DNA from: Eledone cirrhosa
Lineage: Eukaryota
Length of the DNA: 64,000 nucleotides
NCBI GenBank assembly: GCA_964016885.1
Contig: OZ024741.1
Location: forward strand, 312,294,001-312,358,000
Direction of reading: 5' to 3'
This document shows positions 53,153 to 64,000 of this stretch, piece by piece. Made by a program: the position numbers and the translations under genes. Position 1 is the stretch's first letter, and each line of letters starts with the position of its first letter. The notes under the pieces are model-generated. The model was not told the origin of the DNA, did not search any database, and was given only the letters and a program-made list of their open reading frames with translations.

Positions 53153-56100
53153 TGCCAGACAAGCGAGCCGGCGGGAAATGAAGGTGAGGAGGTCCTGAGA
53201 ACGGAGGAACCACCCGAAGCAGACAATGATCTGAATACTGAGATAAATAATACCTGGAACAGAGATACGGCCACTGAGGAGATGAATGCTGACGGGCTAG
53301 GACAAGATTCGGTTGACATCCTAAATTTAGTGGTAGATGAGTTGAACAACAATGATAGTGGGAGACCTATGAACCTAAGATTTGTAGACAGGAAAAAGTT
53401 AAAAGAAACAACAGCTAAGGTAAACAAAGTCATCCCATACCTTGAGGCGAGGAGTCTTCACCAGTGCAACAATATCCTCAAAGCAACAGCAAATACGGTG
53501 AGGAAACTACTTGGTATAAAAGCGAGAGGAAACAACAGACAAGAAAGAGCAGAGCCGTGGTGGAAGAAGCGACTGAGTGGGCAAATCGGGGAAATGAGAA
53601 ATGACATAGGAAAGCTTGAGTCACTACTGAATGGGACACTAAAAAACATAGGCACTAAAAATAGAATGGAAATAAAATACAAAACTAGGAGTAAAAACTA
53701 AATATTATCATAGAGGAATTGAAGCAACGCATTGTAGCAAAGAGTGCCAAAATCAGGCGATACGAGAACAGAGTCAGTCAGTATAAACAGAACCGCATGT
53801 TCGACAACAACCAGAAGATGCTGTTTGGACAGCTTGAGGGGAAAGAAAGAGGCAACGACTTGATCCCTGGGGCGGAACAAGCTAAAACATTCTGGAGAGG
53901 AATATGGGAGCAGGATGTTAGACACAATGCCCAGGCAGGGTGGATTGAGACAGTACAGAGGGAGATCGGTGAGCAGGCACAGCAACAGACTGATTTGAGT
54001 ATCACAGTTGAAACTCTTAAGGGGCAAGCCAAAAAACTAACCAACTGGAAATCACCAGGCCCAGATGGTGTGCAGGGGTATTGGATTAAACATTTAACAT
54101 CCCTCCACCCGAAGCTGACGGCCATGTTCAATGACTGCTTGGTGTCGGGTGAGGTGCCAGAGTGGTTGACAAAAGGTACCACAGTTCTGATAATGAAAGA
54201 CCGAATCAAGGGTAATGATGTTACCAACTATAGACCTATCACATGTCTGCCCGTAATGTGGAAACTGTTGACGAGCATTGTGTCTGAGGAAATCTACCAT
54301 CACCTCCACACAAACAACTTGTTGCCGGACGAACAGAAAGGATGCCGAAAGAAGTCACGTGGTACAAAGGACCAGTTGCTTATTGATAAGATGGTAATGG
54401 GGAATTGCAGGAGGAGACACACTGATCTTGCCATGGGATGGATAGACTACAGAAAGGCATTTGACATGGTGCCTCATTCCTGGATCACCAAAAGCCTGGA
54501 GATCTTCAGGGTGGCAGATAACATCAGACAGTTGCTGGGCAGGAGTATGGGGTCCTGGGAGACAGAGTTGACATCAACTGGAGTATCCTTGGGAAGCGTG
54601 AAGATCAAGAGAGGTATCTTCCAGGGAGATAGCCTGTCCCCTCTGTTGTTTGTCCTTGCCCTGATGCCCTTGACCATTATGCTGCGAAACGTGAGAGCAG
54701 GATACAAGTTGGGAAGGGGAGAGCTTACCATCAATCACCTCCTCTTCATGGACGATCTTAAGCTCTTCGGGAAAAGTGAGAAGGAGTTGGATGTGCTTGT
54801 TGACACTGTCCGTATTTTCAGCAGTGATATATGTATGCAGTTTGGTATTGGAAAATGTGGAGTCATTGTGATGAGGAGGGGTAGGTTGAGCAGAAGTAAC
54901 GGGATCCAGATACCAACAGGTGAGATGATAAAGGAAATTGACTCTGAGGAAGGATACAAGTATTTGGACGTTCTGGAGGCTGATGGCATAAAGAACAAAA
55001 AAATGAAGGAATTGTTAAGAACTGAATACATTCGGAGAGTAAGGAGCGTATTGAAGTCACATCTGAACAGCAGAAATGCCATAAGCGCAGTAAATTCCCG
55101 AGCTGTGTCTATTATTAGGTACAGTGCGGGAATTCTGAGATGGAATGTTGCTGAACAAAAAGAAATGGATAGGAAGACTAGGAAGCTATTGACTATCTAC
55201 AACATGTTCCACAAGAGGAGTGATGTCGATAGACTCTACCTAAGGAGATCTGAGGGTGGAAGAGGTCTTATCAGCATAGAGGACTGTGTTCAGATGGAGA
55301 AAAACAACCTATACAAATACGTGACCTATAGTAAGGAGCCAATGCTCAGAGCTGTACTGAAGGAGGGGACAGTAGGCCAGGGGATACCCAAGGAGGAAAT
55401 AACATCAAGGAGGAAGAGCAGCCTTAAGGGAAAATCCCTTCATAGTACCTTCTTTGAGAAAACTGAATTTAGAGATCCACAGACATGGAACTGGTTGAGA
55501 AGAGGAGACCTCAAAAAGGCTACAGAAGGAATGCTAATGGCTGCGCAGGAGCAGGCCCTCAAAACGAAGTGGTTGAAGCACCATATCTACAAGGAGGAGG
55601 CTAGCCCACTGTGCAGGATCTGTGGAGAGAGAGAGGAGACTGTGGCTCACATTGTGTCCGAGTGTAAAGACCTAGCCCAGACCCACTATAAGGGCTGGAG
55701 ACACGATGTGATGGGCAGGGTGATCCACTGGCACCTGTGCAAAGTAAACAATCTACCACATTCTGAGAAATGGTATGAGCATAGGCCAGAGGCGGTGATG
55801 GAGAACAGTCAGGTGAAGGTGCTGTGGGATTTTAGGATACAGACGGACAAAAAACTGGAACACAATAGACCTGACCTGGTGGTTGTGGACAAAGAAAAAA
55901 GATCGTGCCTGATTGTGGATGTGGCCTGCCCGTTCGACACGAGAGTGCAAGAGAAGGAGAGGGAGAAAATTAACCGATACCAGGACCTAAAGTGGGAGGT
56001 GAAAAGGATTTGGAACTGCCATGAAGTCAAAGTGATCCCGATTGTCATAGGCGCACTGGGGACTATCTCCAAAGGTTTCCAGGGATGGTTAAAGAAAATC

Positions 56101-56258
56101 GGCCCCTTCACGCTTTTTGGAACGCTTCAAAAGGCATGCTTGCTTGGAACGGCAAGAACCCTCCGATACGTCCTGAATATCTGAGGCTGCAGGTAGTGGC
56201 TTGATATTCAATCCAACGGACTTTCCAGTTAACCAACATCAATGACTGAGATTCAAGG
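53152..56258 (+). mobile_element. R4/Dong-like non-LTR retrotransposon (RT plus restriction-like endonuclease), 5'-truncated, one frameshift near 53695
   Basis: RT motifs (KSPGPDG, YRPITCL, IDYRKAFD, GIFQGDSLSP, FMDD), CCHC finger CRIC...HIVSEC, RHD and RPD...D...K REL motif; (TAA)n on both sides. Confidence 0.93.
53719..56184 (+). CDS. Reverse transcriptase/REL endonuclease frame (821 aa, C-terminal part of the element ORF)
   Basis: Uninterrupted ORF with all RT and REL motifs; the upstream part lies in frame 53282..53701. Confidence 0.9.
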   Translation: MKQRIVAKSAKIRRYENRVSQYKQNRMFDNNQKMLFGQLEGKERGNDLIPGAEQAKTFWRGIWEQDVRHNAQAGWIETVQREIGEQAQQQTDLSITVETLKGQAKKLTNWKSPGPDGVQGYWIKHLTSLHPKLTAMFNDCLVSGEVPEWLTKGTTVLIMKDRIKGNDVTNYRPITCLPVMWKLLTSIVSEEIYHHLHTNNLLPDEQKGCRKKSRGTKDQLLIDKMVMGNCRRRHTDLAMGWIDYRKAFDMVPHSWITKSLEIFRVADNIRQLLGRSMGSWETELTSTGVSLGSVKIKRGIFQGDSLSPLLFVLALMPLTIMLRNVRAGYKLGRGELTINHLLFMDDLKLFGKSEKELDVLVDTVRIFSSDICMQFGIGKCGVIVMRRGRLSRSNGIQIPTGEMIKEIDSEEGYKYLDVLEADGIKNKKMKELLRTEYIRRVRSVLKSHLNSRNAISAVNSRAVSIIRYSAGILRWNVAEQKEMDRKTRKLLTIYNMFHKRSDVDRLYLRRSEGGRGLISIEDCVQMEKNNLYKYVTYSKEPMLRAVLKEGTVGQGIPKEEITSRRKSSLKGKSLHSTFFEKTEFRDPQTWNWLRRGDLKKATEGMLMAAQEQALKTKWLKHHIYKEEASPLCRICGEREETVAHIVSECKDLAQTHYKGWRHDVMGRVIHWHLCKVNNLPHSEKWYEHRPEAVMENSQVKVLWDFRIQTDKKLEHNRPDLVVVDKEKRSCLIVDVACPFDTRVQEKEREKINRYQDLKWEVKRIWNCHEVKVIPIVIGALGTISKGFQGWLKKIGPFTLFGTLQKACLLGTARTLRYVLNI

Positions 56259-56270
56259 AATAACAATAAC

Positions 56271-56329
<59 letters not shown>

Positions 56330-56344
56330 TATTAATAATAAATA

Positions 56345-56785
56345 TAATATTGAAGGACTTTCAAAAGAGGGTTTGCCTGCTAATTGATATGTCTGTTCCA
56401 ATAGACAAGAATGTATCTATAAAAACATTTGAAAAATTGAGCAAGTATGGAGATAGAAATTGGAAAAATGTGGAAATTGAGAACTAAAACAATACCAGTG
56501 GTTGTAGGCGCTCTGGGAATGATACCTAAGGGGTCTAATGACTACTTATCGCAAATCCCAGGAAACCCGCGTATAGGAGAAATACAAAAGATAGTACTAA
56601 TGGGAACTGCCCATATACTAAGGAAGATTCTGTCAATATAAGTACATCACAAGTCTAAACACTAAAGATGCATGTGTGAATATGTATGTTCTTTCTTGAA
56701 CATGGCGGACCTTGTTGTCTCCTGAGGTCACTGGTTGTGACTTGGTGATAACTCGTATGAACATAAAGCAAGATAAATGCAACTT
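56345..56785 (+). mobile_element. 5'-truncated R4/Dong-like LINE 3' fragment (second family)
   Basis: ...VCLLIDMSVPIDKNVSIKTFEKLSKY / ...KTIPVVVGALGMIPKG...GTAHILRKILSI, followed by (TAA)n. Confidence 0.88.
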
Positions 56786-56807
56786 TAATAATAATAATAA
56801 TAATAAT

Positions 56808-56838
<31 letters not shown>

Positions 56839-57039
56839 ATAAGGTATATTTTTAGGCTCAACATGTCAAAATGTACGCTGGAATATACGGCAACTATATA
56901 TATATATATATATAAGTTTATACCTGGTTCAATTGGAGGTTGCCACAGTAATTAAGTTAGTCAATACATAGCAGAGTGTAAATATTTAATATAGAAATGT
57001 TTCCTACAGGTCTTGAACTGTTTCATTGATATTGTGCAA

Positions 57040-57216
57040 TGGCAGTATCGGTAGAGAGTCGGACGCCATGCTTTGCAGCAAAGAGTTACGACCCTTTATG
57101 GTCTGAGTTCAAATCTCGCCGAGGTTAACGTTACCTTTCATCCTTACAGGGTCGATAAAATAAAGTCCCAGTAATGTACTGGGTAATTGCTGGCCTTGTG
57201 TCAAAAGTAGTAACAA
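57040..57216 (+). mobile_element. tRNA-derived SINE
   Basis: TGGCAGTATCGGTAGAG...GAGTTCAAATC...CCTTTCATCCTTACAGGGTCGATAAA...GCTGGCCTTGTG. Confidence 0.88.
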
Positions 57217-57379
57217 TTATTATAATATCTACGTTAAACAGAAATGATTGTGATGGGCTGCTAGAGTTATGGTAAGTGGTGTACAACAAGTGTTACTCAG
57301 CCAGTTTCACTGTTTAATCGTCAGTGGTAAAGGTTCCTATTTCATATTCGGCGGACAAGTCGTCCCCTGGTTTTGGACA

Positions 57380-59569
57380 GATATTTTGTATAGATATGAA
57401 ATACAAATTAATGAGAGTAAACCGGATTTACTTCGCCTTCAAGTTCATCTACCCGAGGAAAATCACATCTTCTTTCGGGTCAATGCTGCTGTTAAAGTAA
57501 ACAACAGCATGGCTAAGACGACTCTGACTGAGTTCATGGATCTTTGCGATCGCGATCCGCCTGCAGAAACAACGTATTATGCCGATGTGCCAAAGTTTTA
57601 CACTTGGAGTAATAAGAGATGGGAAAGGAGAAAGTTGGGGAAAACAGTTGAGAAGTATCCAGGGATTTTTGAGGCGAACGTTTTTGGACGAACATACACT
57701 GTTTCTCCACGAAGTGGTGACCTGTATTATTTAAGACTCCTTCTGCATCACGTCAAAGGGCCAGTATCCTTCAACTCTTTGAACATGTATGATTGAGAAC
57801 TCCTGTCATTATTCAAACACGTCTGCAGAGAGAAAGGTTTGCTTCAATCGGATGATCATTGGCAGCAGAATCTGGTAGATGCTGAGCGAACAAGGCTTCC
57901 CAAAGCCACGAGAGCTTTATTCATCGTGCTCCTCACAAATATGGAAATTGACAATCCCACTGCTTTATGGGCTCGATTTAAGCATTCGCTGTCTGAGGAT
58001 TACTATCAAATAGAAAAAAAGGGCTACCAGAAACTCTAACCTTTTTATTAGCGAGAGACATTATGATCAATGTCTTCTGTACTTTCAAGACAAACTTAAC
58101 GACCTGGGCAAAAGTCTTACTGACTTTAACTTGCCAAGGCCAAATAATATTGTTGCTAATCAGGATATTGGCAATTTGGAGGTATTGCATGAATTACAAT
58201 ACAGCAGAGAAGAGCAGCGACGATTTATAGAAAAGACGGAGCCTCTATTGATTAGTGAACAAAAACACGTGTACGACTTCGTTTGTAACAGTTTAGAGAC
58301 GAACACATCTGCATTGATTTTGATTGACGCTCTAGGTGCAACAGGAAATACATTCTTGATTAACTTAATTCTTTCAAAGGTCAGGGGAAACGGCGACGTG
58401 GCTATTGCTGTTGCGTCATCTGGCATTGCCGCAACACTGATGCCTTGTGGAAGAACAGCGCATTCTAGGTTCAAAATACCGATAGTAGTGAAAGAAAATG
58501 GTCTGTGCAACATTGATAAAAACTCAAAGACGGCAAACCTCTTCCAGCATACAAGGCCGATTGTTTATAATGAATGTCCTATGATTAGGAGGGAAAGCTT
58601 CGAAGCTGTTGATCTCACTCTGCGTGACATATGCGACAACAATGAGGCAGAGGAATTTCGACAGTTTTCTGTGGCAATTTCCGACAGCCTCTTCCCGTAG
58701 TGAAAAGGGGAAATGAAGCGGACGTTGAAAACGCCTGCATTAAAAAACGCTACTTACGGCGAAGCTTGAAAATATTTCAGTTGAAGACAAACATGCGATT
58801 GGATGGGGGAGCAGGAGACTATTCACAGTTCCTATTGGATATTGAAGTAGATAAGATAAAAAAAACTGAAAAGAGGATATTATTTTGCCAAAAGAAATGG
58901 TTCTCCAAGTCACAACTATGGAAGAATGTATTGATTTCATCTACCCCTCATTCGACAATCCAGCTGAAGAGTTTTCGAACAATTACATCTCAGTACCTCT
59001 CAATGAAATGATGAGAAGCATAAATTCCACCTGTATCAGACGCTTCCCTGGAACCATAAAAGAGTACCGATCCTATAATTCTGTGAGTGATGGTGCCAAC
59101 GCCCCTCATTTCCCGACTGAATTCCTTGATTCGGTTAAACTATCAGGACTGCCACCACATAATCTGGAATTGAAAAAAACGATCGCCAATAATTCTTATG
59201 AGAAACTTGAATCCTCCAAGGCTTTGTAATGGAACGTGCATGATCGTGAATGAACCGCACGACGATCTCATGGTAGCAGAAATGAGATCGTTATGATACC
59301 TAGAATAAGAATTAATCTATCCGAGGGTGAGGATATTGCAGCGAAACTAATTCCCAGTTAAATCGTGCTTCGCTATGACTATTCATAAAGCACAAGGACA
59401 AACTATGGAAAACGTCTTGGTTTATCTGGAACGACCTGTATTCCAACACCGTCAACTGTATGTAGCCTTTAGCCGCGGAAAACGAATAGAAAATGACGGA
59501 GGGTTTCTGAAGGATATCCAGTCAACTAAGAATGTTGTCATCAAAAGCATTCTTTTGAAAAAACTGTAA
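57380..59569 (+). pseudogene. Helitron RepHel, Pif1-like helicase region, decayed
   Basis: RLQVHLPEE, YYLRLLLHHVKGP, degenerate Walker A DALGATGNTFL, GRTAHSRFKIP, SGLPPHNLELK, MTIHKAQGQT and QLYVAFSR over several frames. Confidence 0.93.
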
Positions 59570-60341
59570 CAGCGTGAATATGAGAAAATGTTGATTCCGA
59601 CGTCAGAAGATGAAAGGGAAAGGAAAAACTAAGACAATTAAGAATAATTTCTTTCAAATGTTTGTAAATAAAACCAGCCTTTCATTAACATTGCAACTTT
59701 TTAAGCAGAAAAATCTTTCAGAACAAACAGTCAAGCATCCATAGAGATATAGAAAAAATAATTTTGAAGTGGAGTGATTGGATAGCTATTTGTAAAAAAT
59801 GATTTGATATTTTCTTTGTGAAAATACTTATGAATAATACAATGAAAAGACAAATTAGGTGTAAATCGGACCACGGGTTCCCGAGATACGCGGGTTTTTT
59901 TCGAGTACCTTTATAAATAGCCAAAAGAGGAAATGAAGCGGACGTGGAAAACGCCAGGATTTAAAAATCCTACTTATGGTGAAGCTTCAAAATATTTCAG
60001 TTGAAGACAAACATGCGATTGGGTGGGGGAGCAGGAGACTATTCACAGTTCCTATTGGATATTGGAGAAGATAAGATAAAAAAAAAACTGAAAATGAGGA
60101 AATTATTTTGTCAAAAGAAATGGTTCTCCAAACAACAACTATAGAAGAATGTATTGATTTCATCCACTCCTCATTCGACAATCCAGCTGACACCCACACA
60201 TACAAACACGCACATATATATATATACACGTACATATACACACACACATACACGTATATATATATTGGCTTCCAATGTCATTTTACATTATATACATTTT
60301 GTGTATATTTTAATTATTTAAACATTAATTTTAAGTGAACA

Positions 60342-60368
60342 TGACCCAACGAGTCAGGGGTGGTCTAG
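60342..60368 (+). mobile_element. Helitron 3' terminus (hairpin plus CTAG followed by T)
   Basis: TGACCCAACGAGTCA-GGGGTGGT-CTAG|T. Confidence 0.75.
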
Positions 60369-61545
60369 TATATTACTAAAAGTCTGTGATTGCTTGCTTG
60401 CTTGTCTGTAATGTAATGCAGCCAAAAGGGTGAATAATGGGAAAATGCTTTGAATGGAAGTTGCCCCTGGAATGGAAATACAAATGGATTAAAACAAGTT
60501 TCGCGTACTTCGGACCACGGTTTCCCGAGATATGGGTTTTTTCCGTGTACCTTCATAAACAAAGAGAGAGAAAGATAGAGAGAAACAGATAGTGGATGTG
60601 ACAGAGTAGATTGAAAGAGAGACATAGAGAGGGGGAGAGGAGACAGAAAAGAGAGAATGAAAGAGAGCTGGAGGTGTTGTTGTATATATGTGAGTGTGTG
60701 TGTATATATATGTGTGTGTCTATGTGTGTGTATATGTGTGTGTGTGTCTATGACAAGTGCATATAAATCACATACATCCATATATATATACGCACACACA
60801 TACATATATATATATATATATGTATACACACACATTTTTATTTATACATACACGTGTGGTTTCGTCTATCTATATAATACTAAAAGTCTGTGATTGCTTG
60901 TTTCCTTGTCTGTAATGTAATACAGCCAAAAGGGGCGCATAATGGGAAAATACTTTGAGAAGGACTTGAGCCTGAAATGGCAATATAAATGGAATAAAGC
61001 AAGTTTCGCGTAAATCGAAGCATGCGTTCCCGAGATATGGGATTTTTCCGGGTATCTTTATAAATAGCCAAAACGGTGCATAATGGGAAAACACTCCGAA
61101 AGTAATATAACCCTGCAAACCTTCATAAAAATCCAAATTGCTGCATAATGGGAAAATATTCCGATATTAAAATTACCCTGAAATGGGATTACAAACAGAA
61201 TAAAACATGTTTGGCGTAAATCGGTACACGGGTTCCTGAGATATGGGGTTTTCCGGTTACCTTCATCAACAGAGAGAGTTAAAGATAGAGAGAAAGAGAT
61301 AGTGGTTGTAAGAGAGTAGATTGAAAGAGGGACATAGAGAGAGGGAGAGGAGACGGCGCAGGAGGACGGAGCAGGTGGCGTTGTCGTGCATATATATATA
61401 TGTGAGTGTGTGTGTATATATACATATATACGTGTGTGTATATTTGTGTGTATGTCTATGACCTGTGTATATAGATCACATACACCCACATACACACACA
61501 CACATGCACACACACACACACACACACACACAGACAGACACACAC

Positions 61546-61577
<32 letters not shown>

Positions 61578-61787
61578 GTATGTGTTTGTATGTATGTACA
61601 TATATGTATACACACATTTATATACATACACACACACGTATATATATATAGACCCACCGGTTTCATTTCACATTATATACATGTCGGTGTATATTTTATT
61701 CATTTAAAAATTATTTTGAATTGAACATGATTTAAAAAAATAACATTTTGAAAGTGAATGTGACTCAATGGCTCACCGGTGGTCTGG
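60369..61787 (+). mobile_element. Tandem non-autonomous Helitron units
   Basis: Two starts TA(T/A)TACTAAAAGTCTGTGATTGCTTG (~60371, and after A|TC at 60869); internal subrepeats with ...GAGATATGGG; second 3' end GTGACTCAATGGCTCAC-CGGTGGT-CTGG|T at 61760-61787. Confidence 0.75.
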
Positions 61788-61923
61788 TGTATAATATTAA
61801 TAAACACATGAAAGTCTTCAGCTATGAATAGAGGCTGACGATGAACGGAATCCAACAGAGGTAAGAGCAGGTAAATCTCAATGATATTCGTTTATCAATG
61901 CGGTGGCTATCAAGACAGTGCTC

Positions 61924-61985
<62 letters not shown>

Positions 61986-62166
61986 AAGTTATATACTGAG
62001 TTAGAAGCTCAAAATAGTCTCTTACAATAAAATAGCCCTAGGAAAGAGATTTTTCCAAGCCGTATATTATAACTGAATATAAAAGAAAAACGAACACAGA
62101 CATACACATATGTGTTCAGATCGTAAGGGACCAGATTCGCTAAGGTGAATCTGGTCCCTTACGATC

Positions 62167-62366
62167 CAGAGTTGACATTGCACTCAGTGCTCCTGTGGGA
62201 GCCCCTACATGGACACACTGGAAGAGGATTACCAAGGTTAACGTATGTTGATGCCCTAAGGACAGACACTGATCTGTTGGAGACACGGGACATGGAAGCG
62301 ATAATTAGGGACAGAGACCAATGGAGAGAACTCGTCCATGGATCTCGGGAATTTTACCCGCCCTAG
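62167..62366 (+). mobile_element. 3' fragment of an RTE-type LINE
   Basis: VLLWEPLHGHTGRGLPRLTYVDALRTDT...RDRDQWRELV resembles the RTE-clade C-terminal region. Confidence 0.7.
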
Positions 62367-62500
62367 ATATATATGCATTTAGAAATATTTGAACTATTTC
62401 ATTCAAATGTAATCATCAGGAAAGCCGTATCCAGATGAACAACCTTGGATGAAACATTTCTAGTCTTGTAGAAGCGATTTCTATATTAAACATCATATTT

Positions 62501-62532
<32 letters not shown>

Positions 62533-62533
62533 G

Positions 62534-62637
<104 letters not shown>

Positions 62638-62677
62638 TGTGTGTGTGTAGTAAATATGTAACAAGCTTTTTATATAC

Positions 62678-62812
62678 CTTGTTGGCAATTGGCACCAGTA
62701 TAACCTGCAGCACATTCATCTGAACATATTCCATTTCGCTTGTCACAGTTACTATTGTCGCGACAATGGCATTTCCCTGTACAATTAACACCGAAGGTTC
62801 CTGTTTGGCATT
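62678..62812 (-). CDS. 135-bp phase 1-1 exon encoding an EGF/laminin-EGF-like repeat (MEGF10/SCARF-like host gene)
   Basis: tttcag|AATGCCAA...CAACAAG|gtatat; translates xCQTGTFGVNCTGKCHCRDNSNCDKRNGICSDECAAGYTGANCQQ (8 Cys). Confidence 0.88.
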
Positions 62813-62987
62813 CTGAAATATATATAAGATTTCTATATTAAACATTATATTTACACACGCACACACAAACGCATGCACGCATACACCCACACACAAACAC
62901 ACATACACATACACGCATATATATATATATATATATGTGTTGTGTATATAGTAATTATTGTAATTACGTAAGAAGTTTATGATATAC

Positions 62988-63048
62988 CTTGGCAATTGTC
63001 ACCAATATAACCTGTAGAACATCTATCTGAACATGTTCCATTTCGCTT
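62988..63048 (-). pseudogene. Partial paralogous EGF-repeat exon interrupted by a LINE
   Basis: KRNGTCSDRCSTGYIGDNCQ followed by G|gtatat; homology stops where the LINE fragment begins. Confidence 0.78.
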
Positions 63049-64000
63049 CATTTGCAGTCCAGACAGCATTTGAATGTCGCATCATATCCCTTCGACAACA
63101 TGTACCAACCTCAAAGCCTAGGAGCCCGTCTCTCGAGCAAGTCTATCCCTGTGTGATAATCAAAAACTCACACCCAGGGAAGTCGCTCAGCAGTATCGCA
63201 CTGAATCAATGGATGAAAAACTGTATGATTTTCAGCAAAAAATCATGCATGTATATGTTGCCAGGAAGCTCCAGAGTGAGAGTAATATAGATAAACAAAG
63301 TAGTCTATCTTGGATCAATAACTGCTATATTGGCTACCATTTTGAAGGATACGCTTTTGTAATGAAAGAAAAGGAAATCAACACGAAAAGAGATAGGGAT
63401 GCAGGCAAAACACCTAGATGTGATAACAAGTACAGACCTTGCAGAATTAACATCGAAGATGTCACCCATCTCATAAGCAGCTGTCGAACGTTGTCCTCGC
63501 GGTACTATCAACCTATGAGGCATGTTGTAATGGCCAAAGCACTGTACAAAACTAAAGCTACAGCAATGTGGAAGACATAAATATACATAATATGAAAGAG
63601 TACTGGTGGAATGTTCCTGCAAAAATCCCCAATAAAATGCAGGCATAACAGACCAGATATAATGATATGGGACAGGGAAAAGAAGGCAGGTACAGTAATG
63701 GAAGTTAGCTGCCCAACAGATGCCAATATAATATCAAAGATTAGCGAAAAGGAGTATATTTATGCAGAACTAATGAGAAATCTGCTGATACTCCACCCTG
63801 ATTATACCTTCAGATATATGCCTGTGACTATTGGCACACTGAGATATGATAGTAACTGCCGCAATACAAATCTTGAGAAGCTGGGCGTCACAGGAACAGA
63901 AAGAACACAACTAGTTAGGAAATTACAAGTACGATCCATTAAAGGAACAGTATAAATATGTAAACATTCCAAAAAATGTGCATCTAATACCTGCATATAC
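63049..64000 (+). mobile_element. Decayed RT-REL (R4/NeSL-like) LINE C-terminal fragment
   Basis: AVQTAFECRIISLRQH, CRINIEDVTHLISSC, RH, HNRPDIMIWDREKK, EVSCPTD and PVTIG motifs over shifted frames. Confidence 0.85.

Noticed and set aside
52837-56785. ~250-bp direct repeats around the RT-REL element, read as LTRs or a TSD
   Set aside because: They encode the C-terminus of another LINE family, are truncated at different points and are separated from the central element by (TAA)n.

Overview
AT-rich eukaryotic, repeat-dense window. The SINE family and microsatellite style suggest an octopod cephalopod (inference). Bases 1-37090 are one tandem array of about 47 monomers: 39 of ~747 bp, then 8 of ~990-999 bp. 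The array has layered higher-order repeats and ends in a (TA)n tract. The main observation is that each monomer carries a type I hammerhead-ribozyme motif on the + strand: TTCCA-CTGACGA-stem II with a long branched insert-GAAA-CAATTG-TT-TGGAA. This makes it a candidate self-cleaving satellite or retrozyme-like array. Hammerhead motifs of related architecture lie in Penelope-like (GIY-YIG) remnants and palindromes at 39.5-45.8 kb, which points to a Penelope pseudo-LTR origin. The rest is a transposon pile-up: a tRNA-like sequence, a TIR element, SINEs, a full-length frameshifted Tx1/L1-type LINE, stacked R4/Dong-type LINEs in (TAA)n, a decayed Helitron with non-autonomous units and an RTE-like 3' fragment. 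There is also one intact and one LINE-interrupted EGF-repeat exon of a host gene on the minus strand. All coordinates were counted by eye; no folding or database search was run.
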